A stretch of DNA of 59,805 nucleotides, counting the filler, from Sphacelaria rigidula (taxonomy: Eukaryota), in NCBI GenBank assembly GCA_964200075.2. It is 9 parts of 9 records of this genome, joined end to end, with 100 filler letters (N's around TTAATTAATTAA, not from the genome) between each part and the next. Parts side by side here need not be neighbours in the genome. Positions count along the whole stretch, not along the records: positions 46,595 to 53,150 come from CAXNAA020019369.1; positions 53,251 to 59,805 come from CAXNAA020019370.1; 7 more parts are not named here. One strand, 5' to 3'. Both the position numbers and the translations under genes were made by a program. Below the pieces are notes generated by a model that was not told the DNA's origin, searched no databases, and saw only the letters and a program-made list of their open reading frames with translations. The number at the start of each line of letters is the position of its first letter. The first letter of the stretch is position 1. Shown here piece by piece: positions 49,110-59,805 of the stretch.

Positions 49110-50634
49110 GGTGGGGGGTCCGGCCCCCCGACGAACACCGCCCCCCGGCGGGGGCGGGGGAGGTTGGGGGNNNNNNNNNNGGTAGCTGCGTGCTGGGGGG
49201 GGGGGGGGGGGGGGGAGGGGGTGCCTTAAATTGGGGGGGTTGAATTGCTGAGTATCCGCTGACTCCACAGCAGTATCACCCCCGGTGAAGCACAGGTAGC
49301 TTGCAGGTTCGGAACATAGGTGAAGTGTTCGTGTGATGTAATTTTTTGGTACGTGAACGCGCAGCTCGATCAATGAACCCCATGCCTGAAGAGAGAGCAC
49401 ACGAGGTGGCACATTTGCGTCCGTGAAGGATGCGTGGTGGGGAGCGAGGGCTGAAGACATGCCTTGATTTCGGTGATGTGTTGTGCGTGTGAGATGAATG
49501 TGAGTTGCGTGTAGGTTGGTCCCGATAGTGGTGATTTCCATTTGCTTCTGGCGTCACGACGTGGGACCTCCGAGATCTGGGCGATGATTGGCGATCGAAG
49601 AACACAAACATTTCACGAAAGCCCTTGGTGACGCCAACCTTGGTGGCGAATCAGCATCTTTCTGCTATGGCGGTCGCATGGCTACGGCGTCGCAGGTAGC
49701 CCTCACTCACCAACTTGCGACCCAGGAAATGAACGTATTGTTTCCGGCCTGTCACGGCTTTAACGAGCAAGGTACGCACCCGAAGACATGTTTTCAGCAC
49801 CAATTTACCTTCTGGGCGTCTATGCGCTAGTAGGGTGCCATTATTTGTTATTTTTGATGGGGTGAAAACACCTGCGTGACAGAGAGCTGCTGCCACGCAT
49901 TTGCCGCGGATCATGGATATAACATGACAAGGAGGCTTGTGCAGCCGTCGTGGTCATTCATTGATGATTTCGTTTTTTCGTCGATGGTCAGAATGAAACA
50001 TTGATGCAAAAGGGGTTACTTGAGCAAGCACGCGGGGTGTCTGAAGTTCCGATAAAAGACGACAACGACAAAAAGACGGCGTCTTCCTACCCCCACATAA
50101 TTCGAACGGAACGCCCGTTTGAGCACTTTTGAACAATGGGTGCGGTCCAGTTAACCCAAGACAGAAGGTGTGTAGGTTATAGCTTCTCCCTCGGCGTAGG
50201 GTGTAAAGAGCGCATGGGGACGCGACGTGAACTTGGAGTTAAGAAGTCTGCAGATTCAGGACTTGGGACAGGAAATAGACTGACGGACTGTGGGCGTTCG
50301 GTGCTAACGCCCAGGGTGAAAAGAATGACAAAAGCTTAGACCGGGGATTGGAGGATAAGAATCCCGGTGTTGAAAGGGCCGGCTCGACCGGCCCGCCTTA
50401 CTAGTAAGCGGGTCAAAGTAGATGGCAATCAGAAGAGCAAGGAAAATAAATCTGCCGCACAGGAAATGGAGCACGCGTTTCCGCGAAAAATAGTGGCGAA
50501 GGAGCAAAATCCCGGGATTGGTTTGGTCTTCCGGCCGCTTCTCATGTTGAAGACATATCAGCCTGAAACAAGAACATTTTTGGTCACTTTTCTTCGCCCA
50601 AAAAACGCGAGTCATCTTATTTCACCACGTCGGA

Positions 50635-51671
50635 GGTGGGTTCTTGTCGGAGACGATTAATCATTGTTAGAAGAACGGCCTGTGGTTGGTGGCTGTGATA
50701 CGACCCTCCCCAAAAAGTGCCTCAAAATCGATGTTGCGAAAACGATTTTGTTTTCAGCCCGAAGAGTAACAGTCCTACCGTGGCACCACTGAATGATAAA
50801 TTGCGCGATACGCGCGCACAGCGCACGCACACAAAGGGTCAGCAACGGTAAGTGATCGGTTGTACAGTAATCTGACACCCACGCGACCGCCTTTACCACG
50901 GGATCTTACAAATTGGGGATGAGAAATCCGGAGAATTAAAATTTTCGTATCCGCACCAAATCTTCAAAATATGTTTCCATGTCTTCACCTACTAATGGCT
51001 ATTGACAACTACTACACGCCATAGAAATTTGGATTTCAATAACCGAAATGTTGGGGTCTTAGGTGAAAAACCAATTTCGGTCGCATTGTGGCGTCCGTTC
51101 GGACACCTGAAATTCTTCAAAGTTGGCTTTTCACCTAGGACCCCAACGTTCCGGTGATCGAAATCCAAATTTCTATGGCGTGTAGCAGTTGTCGACGGCT
51201 ATCAGTGGGTGAAGAAATGGAACCGTATTTTGAAGATTTGGTGTGGATACTGTACGACGATGTTAATTCTCCGGGTTTCTCATCCCCAATAAAAGATCCA
51301 TCCCCAATTTGTAAGATCCCGTGTTCTTTACTCCAACACGGAATTTCGTCAAACAAAGAATGCAGAGTGTAGGTGAGCAAAGGTCAGCGCTAGAGCCGAT
51401 GCGCGTGAACGGTGGGTTGGTGACCGTATTTTTTCAGGGCTCAGTGTGCAGGTGTTGTGTTGCCTTGTTGCAACTTGTCTGCAGCAGTCAGAGATGTTAT
51501 ACCAACAACCACTTCATAAACCGTCGCAGTTCTGAACCTTGGTGCAGATCTGGGTTTCGATTTGGACAAACACTACTTCTCAAAAGGAAGGACTCAGTAA
51601 CAGGTCGTTGTGGAGACATCATTTTCCTGAAACCGATTCGAGAACTGTCGTCTCCGACAAGAACCCGCCTT
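50635..51671 (+). mobile_element. Diverged third copy of the 3556-4357 element body, with different TIRs
   Basis: Internal homology to 3580-4320; termini AGGTGGGTTCTTGTCGGAGACGA / TCGTCTCCGACAAGAACCCGCCT. Confidence 0.7.
50897..51323. mobile_element. Foldback MITE (427 bp) nested in the element above
   Basis: 25-bp perfect TIR CACGGGATCTTACAAATTGGGGATG with ~180-bp imperfect arms; flanks GCCTTTAC / TTCTTTAC; empty site visible at ~4005-4025. Confidence 0.88.
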
Positions 51672-53150
51672 AGGGCAATTTCGCCAGAAAAAGTGAACGG
51701 TGAGGCGTGTGAAGTCTTGAACAAGATACCTGTCCAGTTTTTAAATGTGAACCCTGTCAACCGTCCACAATCGCCGCAGCCAATGCGCGGAAAAAACAAC
51801 ATATCCAATCTAATGACGACGTGTTGTTGGATTGTCCGGAATTCCGAGTAGAGCATGTATGCATATGGTATACACGCAAGGAAGGGAGCGGACGTGCGAA
51901 ACTACACCAACCGTTCATGTATGCATGAATAATGGTGTAGGAAATACTGCAGTGCTTGGGATGCAAAGGTCCACGGGTATGGCGACCAGGACAGTGCACT
52001 ACGAGATCAGTTACTGCGGCACAGGCATCATAGTGAGTACGATACAGGGCAAAAATGAACTTCGGTCGAGTAGCTTTCTCGGCCGTAACGGCCTCAGAGG
52101 AATTCGGGGATTAACCGCAGAGGCAGCAGCAGCTTTGCCGTCTCATCATCAGGACAGTAAAGACGCGAAATATACACGACAGTAACTGCGATCGCGCTAA
52201 CTACAGTACATGCAGATATGCGTGCATGCGGTCAACACACACAGCTGTTGCTGAGCAGCTATACGGCGTAGCGTGTCAGGTAGAGATGTACGTGCTGTAT
52301 GTGGCGCGTGCGGGTGTAGTTATGTGGTACAGTATTGCAAGAATTTATTAGGTGGGGTATTCCGTACATCCTGGGTATTTTGAAAAATGGTACTCTGAGC
52401 ACCCAAAACTTGGGTAGATTATTGAGATTGTACGTAACAACACCCACGTATTGGGAAGAGTATAGCCATCGTGACTAATGTTACCCAATATTCAGGTAGA
52501 GGTTGGAGATCGGACCACCACAACACAAAAATCGGGAGAGTAAATACCCGGGCATTTTCCTTACCCAACACACCCTGCAGTATTGTGACTTTTGTGCCTG
52601 AGATTTTCGAAATTTGCCCCTCACCTCTCTAAATCAAGTGAGTAAGAAGAGCAACAGTTGACACACGCACAAGCTCCACGCATGGAACAGCAGCACTGCG
52701 CGTTTTCCCCTAACCCCTGCTGCCGAGGCGGGAGCTCGTGGCGTTCATGGTTGAAGAAGGGAGGGCGGTCTCAATCGGCTTTTTCGTTTCAAGCATGCAG
52801 ACGAGAAGTGCCTCATATTCCCACCCGTTCAACGATGTTGGGCTGCTGCAATCCAACTGCTCGAAATGGAATTCTCGTGATTCTGTGTTAGCACCAATCC
52901 GGCTCACTAGGGAGCATTTACATCTGCCGGCTGGAAATCCTGTAAACACTGGCGAGATTGTCAGAGGCCGAGCTCTCAGAACAAAACGCCGTGGGTGCTC
53001 GAAGCATTCAAATTGTCATGCCATTTTTTTCCATCCACTGGAAAACTACGTTTCTCCACCACTCCACCATCCGCCCCCCCCCCCCCCTCCCCCACCCCCC
53101 CCCCCACCCCCCCACCCCCCAGAACCTGCCCCGACACGCCACCCTCCCCC

Positions 53151-53250
53151 NNNNNNNNNNNNNNNNNNNNNNNNNNNNNNNNNNNNNNNNNNNNTTAATT
53201 AATTAANNNNNNNNNNNNNNNNNNNNNNNNNNNNNNNNNNNNNNNNNNNN
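53151..53250. other. Artificial contig linker
   Basis: Same 100-bp spacer. Confidence 0.98.
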
Positions 53251-56200
53251 CGCCAACGGCAACACCGGGGCGCGCCCACGGTGGCACAACCCCCCCCCAC
53301 ACCCTCCGCCGTGTGCGCCATCACCCCCCCCCCCCCCCCCCCCCTCGCAACAGAATTTCACCTCCCATTTTCTCGTACATGACGCAGCGTCTGTCATTCA
53401 CTTTACTGTAAAGTACAGCAGCAACCAAATCCAGACAGCAGCCATTTTACCGAGTATCCAATGAATCGAAAGCGAGACAAGGGTCGACGCCGTCCGGCAA
53501 TGCTAGTCCTCTCCGCAATAACAAAAGAGGTCAAGCCACTACCAGGGGAGAGATGGACTGATTCCTTGAGAATACGGACTTGCCCCCAGGATTTGGGCGG
53601 GGTGTAAGCACAATAACGAATATACATACTGCTATTATATAGTGCCCGTTCATAGTATTTGGTTGTTCAATTTCAGCATGTAACGTGTTCAAGCAACGAC
53701 AACTGACTTCTTGGCCACGACGTTGAGATCTTCCGAGTACTCGACTACACATGGCTGCTTCTCATCACCCTCCCCATACATTAGCTTGAGCGGACTTTGA
53801 ATACCACAGGAAACAGTCTTGTTTGCTCTGCGTTCCCGCTCCTCGATAATTCCTCAACTACTTGCCGTGAATCTGCAACTGTCGGACGGCCAAGCTCACG
53901 CGCCCCCGACCCTTCCTCGAGTTCAAAGCAAAGGCGCGCAGACACGTGTTTCGGAGAAAAATGCAGTCGATGACGATAATACCGCACGCCGATGGACACC
54001 TTCACCTCACCCACAAGACGCTCAATCGAACGCATTAGCTTGCAAGGTTCTTGCACAGCCCTACAGAATTGTACGGTCTGAGCCCACATACTCTACAAAG
54101 TATCGGGGCGTTCTGAATGAGGTATACGGTCGCCTATGTGAGGGTATTGAACGCGATAATAAAAATGAGTCTCCGCACTGCTATATACTTACACGGGGTC
54201 GAGGCACTGTAAGTGGGGGCTTCAGCTGTGGCGAGCGGAGCGATCTGCACGGGCACCTCACACATAGTCCGTCTCATTGTCTACTACAATTGAGTCCTAC
54301 CGAAGATGCCTTTGGGAAGGAGCGAAATACACTTCTGGGCCGGACGTTTTCTTGGTCGTTCTTGAGTCGGACGTACTACGGTAGTCGTTTGGAGTTTTAT
54401 GCAGCCAATGCGTTCACATCTATGAGTTACCCTCAATCTGCGATTACTCCTGCAGCAAACATCTCCGTATCTCCGTATTGAAATGAACTCAACCCCTTCA
54501 GCATCAGACCTCGTCTCGGAACAATACCATCGGCTGACCTTCAACGCCGGTAGCCCTACTATGCTAAAACTGACTCATCCTTTCAGTCTACGAGAACCAT
54601 ACCACCCCCTAGAACAAAACGCCTTGTCTTCCGAGGTTCCCAACCCTTGCCTCATGTACGCGGTAATACCAAAGCAGCTGCACAGTTTTCACGTATTTCC
54701 AGCGTTCGCTCAGCCTTGGGTCCACCTGAAGGCGTTTGCCGTCCAAGGATTGAGCGCAGGCGTTCGGACGTTTGCCATTCCACTTACTATTTCCAAAAGG
54801 TGGTCAGGACACCACAAGGTCCGGGTACGACTGAGTGTCTCGAGTACTGAGGAATACTCGCATTCCTTCTTCGTGCCATGCTAGAGGGACCTGGAAATGC
54901 TCCGTATGTCGGCTACTCGATCCCCCTCGTACCCTGGGGTGCTCGGTACTACAAACACAATGAATACCCGGGCTACCGCTGCGGCATGGTACGCTACCCT
55001 AAGCAGTCTTGGGAAGGTTGCTTCACGCACTTCAGAGTACACCAGTCAACCTCGAGAGGGCTCCGCAAGGCACTGATTTGAAGGCATAGTTTTTGTCTTT
55101 CCAGAAGCGGCACCAAAAATTCAAGAGAAAACAAGAAACAAGGCTCACTTGGGAGCGCCCGCCCGCTGTAACAGTTCCTCGACAATTTGATGGGAAAGAT
55201 TAGACAGTTCAGCATCTCGATGAGTTGGGACGTGTTGCCTTCGTCCAGTTTCGTGTTTCTCATTCGACAGCTGCGTCTGTAGCACTACACGCACTCGTCG
55301 TAACAAAATTGCGCCATTCGTTCATCGAGACAATCAATCGCGTTTTATTGAACAGGCAGCCACCACCCTACTGAGTCCCGAAAAGGATAGCGCGGAACAT
55401 GACTGTCCCTCCGGATACCCCGCTAGCCCGACCTGGAGCGATCACCGGCCGCTTGGGACTGCATGGAGTGGGGGAAACGGGGGCAGTAGGTAGCGGATAC
55501 CTTCTTACGCATCTGTTCATGCACAAACAGCAGAAGAACGATTACTGTGGGGGAGACATATCGCCTGAAAGACATTTAAGGAATGATTTGATGGCATCCT
55601 CCCCCCCCCCCTCCCCCCCCGGGTGCAAATGCCTCCCTGCGTTTTAGCCGCTCTTGCTCATTATAGAGAGCAAGAGGTCATGACCAAGGTAGCTGCGGTG
55701 GTACAGGTGCAACCAGCCCCCTGGGCTTCATCAAAATTATATTCTTTTCTACTCTTACTGGGAGCAACGCGCGGTACGCTGTGGTGGTGGGGTGCAGGAG
55801 TCAGCCTCGCGTACGCAAGTCAATACGCTGCGCGTTTCCTTCGCTTTCCGCGGTGGGAACTCACGTAGGGCTTGATAAAACGGTGGATGCGCCCCGCCCT
55901 TGGCGGAGTGCTATACCGCTATGTACGGTATGATGGTGCATAACGGTCACGGTGTGACACATCAGGGTGTTGTCCCTCAGGCTGCTCTCAGTACAGCATG
56001 GGAACTGCGGTGCCAATAGTATCATGGAGAGTAGCACCCGTACGTGCCTTTGCATAACCTCAGGACGCTAGTGTAGACAACAGTAATACAGTCAGTACGC
56101 TGCGGTGCTTCCTACACTCTCGCCCGCTGAAAAGACTTTGATCGGTTTGGGTTGTACAGTGAGGTGGTGATCGACGGTTCTGTTTCAACCACCGCTGCTG

Positions 56201-59107
56201 TTTTGTACGGCCGTCCAGCACTAGAGAACAGTAGTCGAGTACAACAGTGGAGGTGCATGCGGTGGAGTGCCGTACCATAGTGTACGAGATACAGTAGCGA
56301 TTGGCTTTCCACTCTTGTGTATCTGCAGTGCGTACATGTTGAGCTTTCAAACGAATCACCGCGTGCCGGTTAGGGCATGATAGCCTGCTATGCTAGACCT
56401 GTCTGTGAAGTCTCAGGCAGTGTATTCTACTGTGACGTTGAGGGACGGAACAAAAAGGGCTATATACAAGTACCACTTGTAGAAACAATTCAGTGCAGGC
56501 TCTGGGTTGGGACAGATCAGGTAAATGGTACGGCTGCAAAAAGCTTATACGGTTTGCTTGCCGAACGCTAGATTGCAGCGAAGCCTAGCTAATGAAGCAC
56601 ATGAGCCTGGGGGCGTCAACGCATCACACCACCTGGGGATGCCGGCATAGACGGTACTCCAAAACAGATGGGAGAATCGACCGCCAACAATCACCAACTG
56701 GGCGGCACACAAATACTACACAACAACTGTAGAACAAGAGACAGTACGCTACAGATGCCTGCCACTCAGGAGACTCGCTCGTCACATGCCTATCCAAGTG
56801 CTGTACCAAACAAGAAATTTGTGCGTGCAGACGACTTCACGAAAGAGTGCACGGGCATCAAGAATATGTACCGTACAACAGTGCTGCACAGTACTTGCGT
56901 TTAAAAAAACTAGCCCACGGGGTCAGCCCACACGCCACACTCCCGTTCGTACAAGCACCGTCGGGAACAGACGTGCGTACATAAAACTTGTGTTTCGGAG
57001 ACGGTACGCTTTGCTGCCTTCCACGGTGAACTACGCTAGAAAAAGCAACACGCGGGGGACAAAGGATAAACTATGTACGCGAGAGTGACGAGAACAGCGG
57101 CCCCAGACATACCTGGTGTGCAGCTGTTCCAGTCCCGAACACAGAACGTTGTACAAACGACCAGAACCCAGTTCCAATATTCCTCGGAGTATTCTCCTCT
57201 ATGTTTTTTTTCCATCACTTTGGTGCGGTTCCTCAGGCCCACGGTCGCCTGGATTTTTACGCGATTTCATTATAAGGGTTTGCAGCACAGCAAACAAAAC
57301 TCGAAGAGTATCTGTTTCTACCCATCGAGGTTAATTGATTTTTCGTGTGTCACTTGTCTCAGAGAGGAGGCTGCTATATGGAAAATCTTGCAATTGAAAA
57401 AGGGTTGCATGATGAACGATATACGGAGAAGAGTTTGGCCAAGCTGTCGAAACCCCGTACAGGCGTGTTTGATCCTTTTCATGATATTGTCATTATTTAA
57501 TCTTCTCCGCATTGCTTGCTGGTCGTGCTCTTCCACTTATTATTGCACCAATTTTGATCTTCCTCGCGTGAACGTACATAACATATGTCACCTCCTACCT
57601 GTACCGGAAATTGATCTTCAGTCAAGAGCCACAGGCACCTAAGGTTTCATCCGCTTTTTCCAGCGCCGAGGAACAGCCACATATTGAATCGAAGATTCAT
57701 GTATCGTTGCCGTTGCGATGACAGCAGTATATCGTCCGAAATTAACATGTGTTCACACAAGGCATCCAGCAGATGGACACCACAACAAGCACTGGTTGTT
57801 ATCTTGTTTAATTATGTCGTACCCTCCCGAGGAGAAGCAGTTATTGTCATATTTACTTCCCGACCGCGCACGCCCCAACTCATATTTTACACAAGTCTCG
57901 CCAACCGTACTCGTTGACCCCCCATTTGCGCCCCCCCTCACCCGCTTCCCCCAAGCCAACCATAGCTCCCGCACAAGCGACACAATGCTCAATTTCCTTT
58001 CAATATCCCTAGAGCTTCCGAAGAAGCCAACGCAACTTTACGACGAAATTAGAAATTCCCAACCAAACAGGAGCAATGACAGTAAAACTTGTAGCAAAAC
58101 AATTTGCTCCAGTAGTCTCGAGTGAGCTTGTGTACCTTCAAGGAACACGTACGTGGGAAGAAACAAAAACAGTGCCTCTCAAACAGGGAACAGTTTTGTA
58201 GCCACCTACATCACGTCTGCGTTTCTCTTCATATGTCCGCCCATGCTGTCGTTACTGTTGTGCAAAGCTATTCCGATTATCAAAACTAAGTGGGCCCCAG
58301 AGCTCATATCTTGGCATCAACATTCCCGTCATTCCTCCCTCCTCATTCAAAAACTACGCTGCTCTTCCTTTCCTCATTTTTGATCCCAGGCGTCAAACTT
58401 GCTGAACATATCCGGCGAACGGAAGCGCAGTGAAACAGTCTACATACATCAGCTGCTACCGTACCCACGGCTTGGATACGCCATTTTGTGTTTCAACCAT
58501 TTTCCCCCATACTTGTACATGAACCAGTACAAAACACCAATACAAAAGACACCCCATTCATTCCTCCCCGGGAGCACCAGTGTGCTTGCTATGCTGCATA
58601 ATACCCATGATAAAAAAGCATGCCGGGGTCGGAAGCCCCACCCCTACAACACCGGGACGGAGCAACGCGCTCGCATGCCCAAGGCAGGCAGAAATGAGGA
58701 TTAGGGGTCGGTGTTCACCGGAAAACCAAACGATTTTCGATTTTTGGACCATGACTGATGACAAAAGGGGAACATAATTGAGAAGGGGCTCTACAGGACT
58801 GTGGAGGCTACTCCAGGGTCACCAGAACAAACAACCCACAACCCACCATGTTTTGATGAGGGCAGGGCTATATCTTGATTGTCTATCCTTGAAAAGCTGA
58901 TACAACTCCATCCGCTCCCCCCCCCTTCAAGTATCCCTCTCGCCACGTGTCTCACACCAGTTACCAAACGCTGCTACTACACGTATTCCCTGTAGCAGAT
59001 CCATCATCAAAACTCCTCCCAGAGGCAACAACCAACGGAATATTTTTCGGAATATTTACTGTGCCGCGCAGACGAAGAAGAAACAGGATACACACACACC
59101 GCATAAT

Positions 59108-59242
59108 CTACCCCGCAGCACCATCAGTTGCCGGAGCCCCCGGGTTTGTCTGCCACAGGCGAATGGTTCCGTCCTCCGACCCCGTAGCATACGTCTTCCC
59201 ATCAGGGGCATACCTCAAGCATCGCACCGGTCCGTGGTGCCC
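59108..59242 (-). CDS. STRAP: Last coding exon of a WD40 protein, STRAP/UNRIP-like
   Basis: TTCAG|GGG acceptor; encodes [44 protein letters not shown], matching the STRAP last repeat GHxGPxxCxRxxPDGxxYAxGSEDGTxRLWQT. Confidence 0.85.
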   Translation of the reverse strand, partial: GHHGPVRCLRYAPDGKTYATGSEDGTIRLWQTNPGAPATDGAAG

Positions 59243-59805
59243 CTGAACGGACGGAGGTGCGTCAAACGGGTTGGGGGAGGTAGGAGGGAAGGGGGTTCAA
59301 AAGCGGGCACGTGTAACCAGTATAGTTCAAACCTCTGGCCGCCAGGGTGGTTTACCTGTGTTGTCGGCACCATTTTCACTCAGAAAAGGACTGAAAGATC
59401 CGAATGACCTACCGTAGCGGTAAAAAAGGGTAAAAAAACGTTGGCTGCGGAGTACAGTCGACCCAAGGAGTGTACGCCGGTGTGAACGTTTGTGTCCCAC
59501 TTATCATGTACGAGCGTTCATGCACTAAATATCCAAATTATCTATGCAGTGAAAGACTTCAACACTCTTTTGATAATCATGTTAGCGAGTGTATGTGTGG
59601 GACAGGGCAGGGAAAGTAAGCCACACAACGGCAAAGTGTTCGTGATCGTAAGGATGATCTTGAGAGCTCGGAAATGCTTCGTCTAACCGTTCAACTGGTT
59701 GATGGTTACGCGCGCAACCATCAACCAGTTAAATGGTACATGATGGTTTGGTTATCTATTGCCCGGACCCCCGATGGGGTTGGCGTCGCTTGGCGATGAC
59801 GCTGT

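Noticed and set aside
49055..49225. Long poly-G tract / G-quadruplex (also poly-C at 53070-53150)
   Set aside because: Adjacent to N gaps; likely a sequencing or assembly artefact.
53811..54481. 220-aa ORF or possible plus-strand exon
   Set aside because: Plausible splice sites but no recognisable domain or second exon; cannot be supported.

Overview
Eukaryotic, repeat-dominated sequence that is not one locus. It is nine unplaced contigs of near-identical, descending length (6557, 6557, six of 6556, and 6555 bp, counting from the window edges) joined by artificial 100-bp linkers (44 N + TTAATTAATTAA + 44 N). TTAGGG motifs, short exons in long repeat-filled introns and the repeat types suggest a stramenopile, most likely a brown alga (inference). 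Host genes appear only as isolated GT-AG exons: a Ctr-type copper transporter exon, two phase-compatible SNF2 helicase exons, and the last coding exon of a STRAP-like WD40 gene. Mobile DNA includes a decayed Ty3/Gypsy element, a related gag, a complete non-autonomous LTR element, a decayed LINE, tRNA-derived SINEs and many MITEs, often nested. Two observations stand out. First, the Gypsy pol carries a region with the ordered motifs of a C5 cytosine DNA methyltransferase but no catalytic Pro-Cys, just before the integrase position (12113-12972). Second, there is a phased 42-43 bp array of a conserved CAATATATATTG palindrome with variable spacers (41470-42223). All assignments are by eye; no database searches were run.
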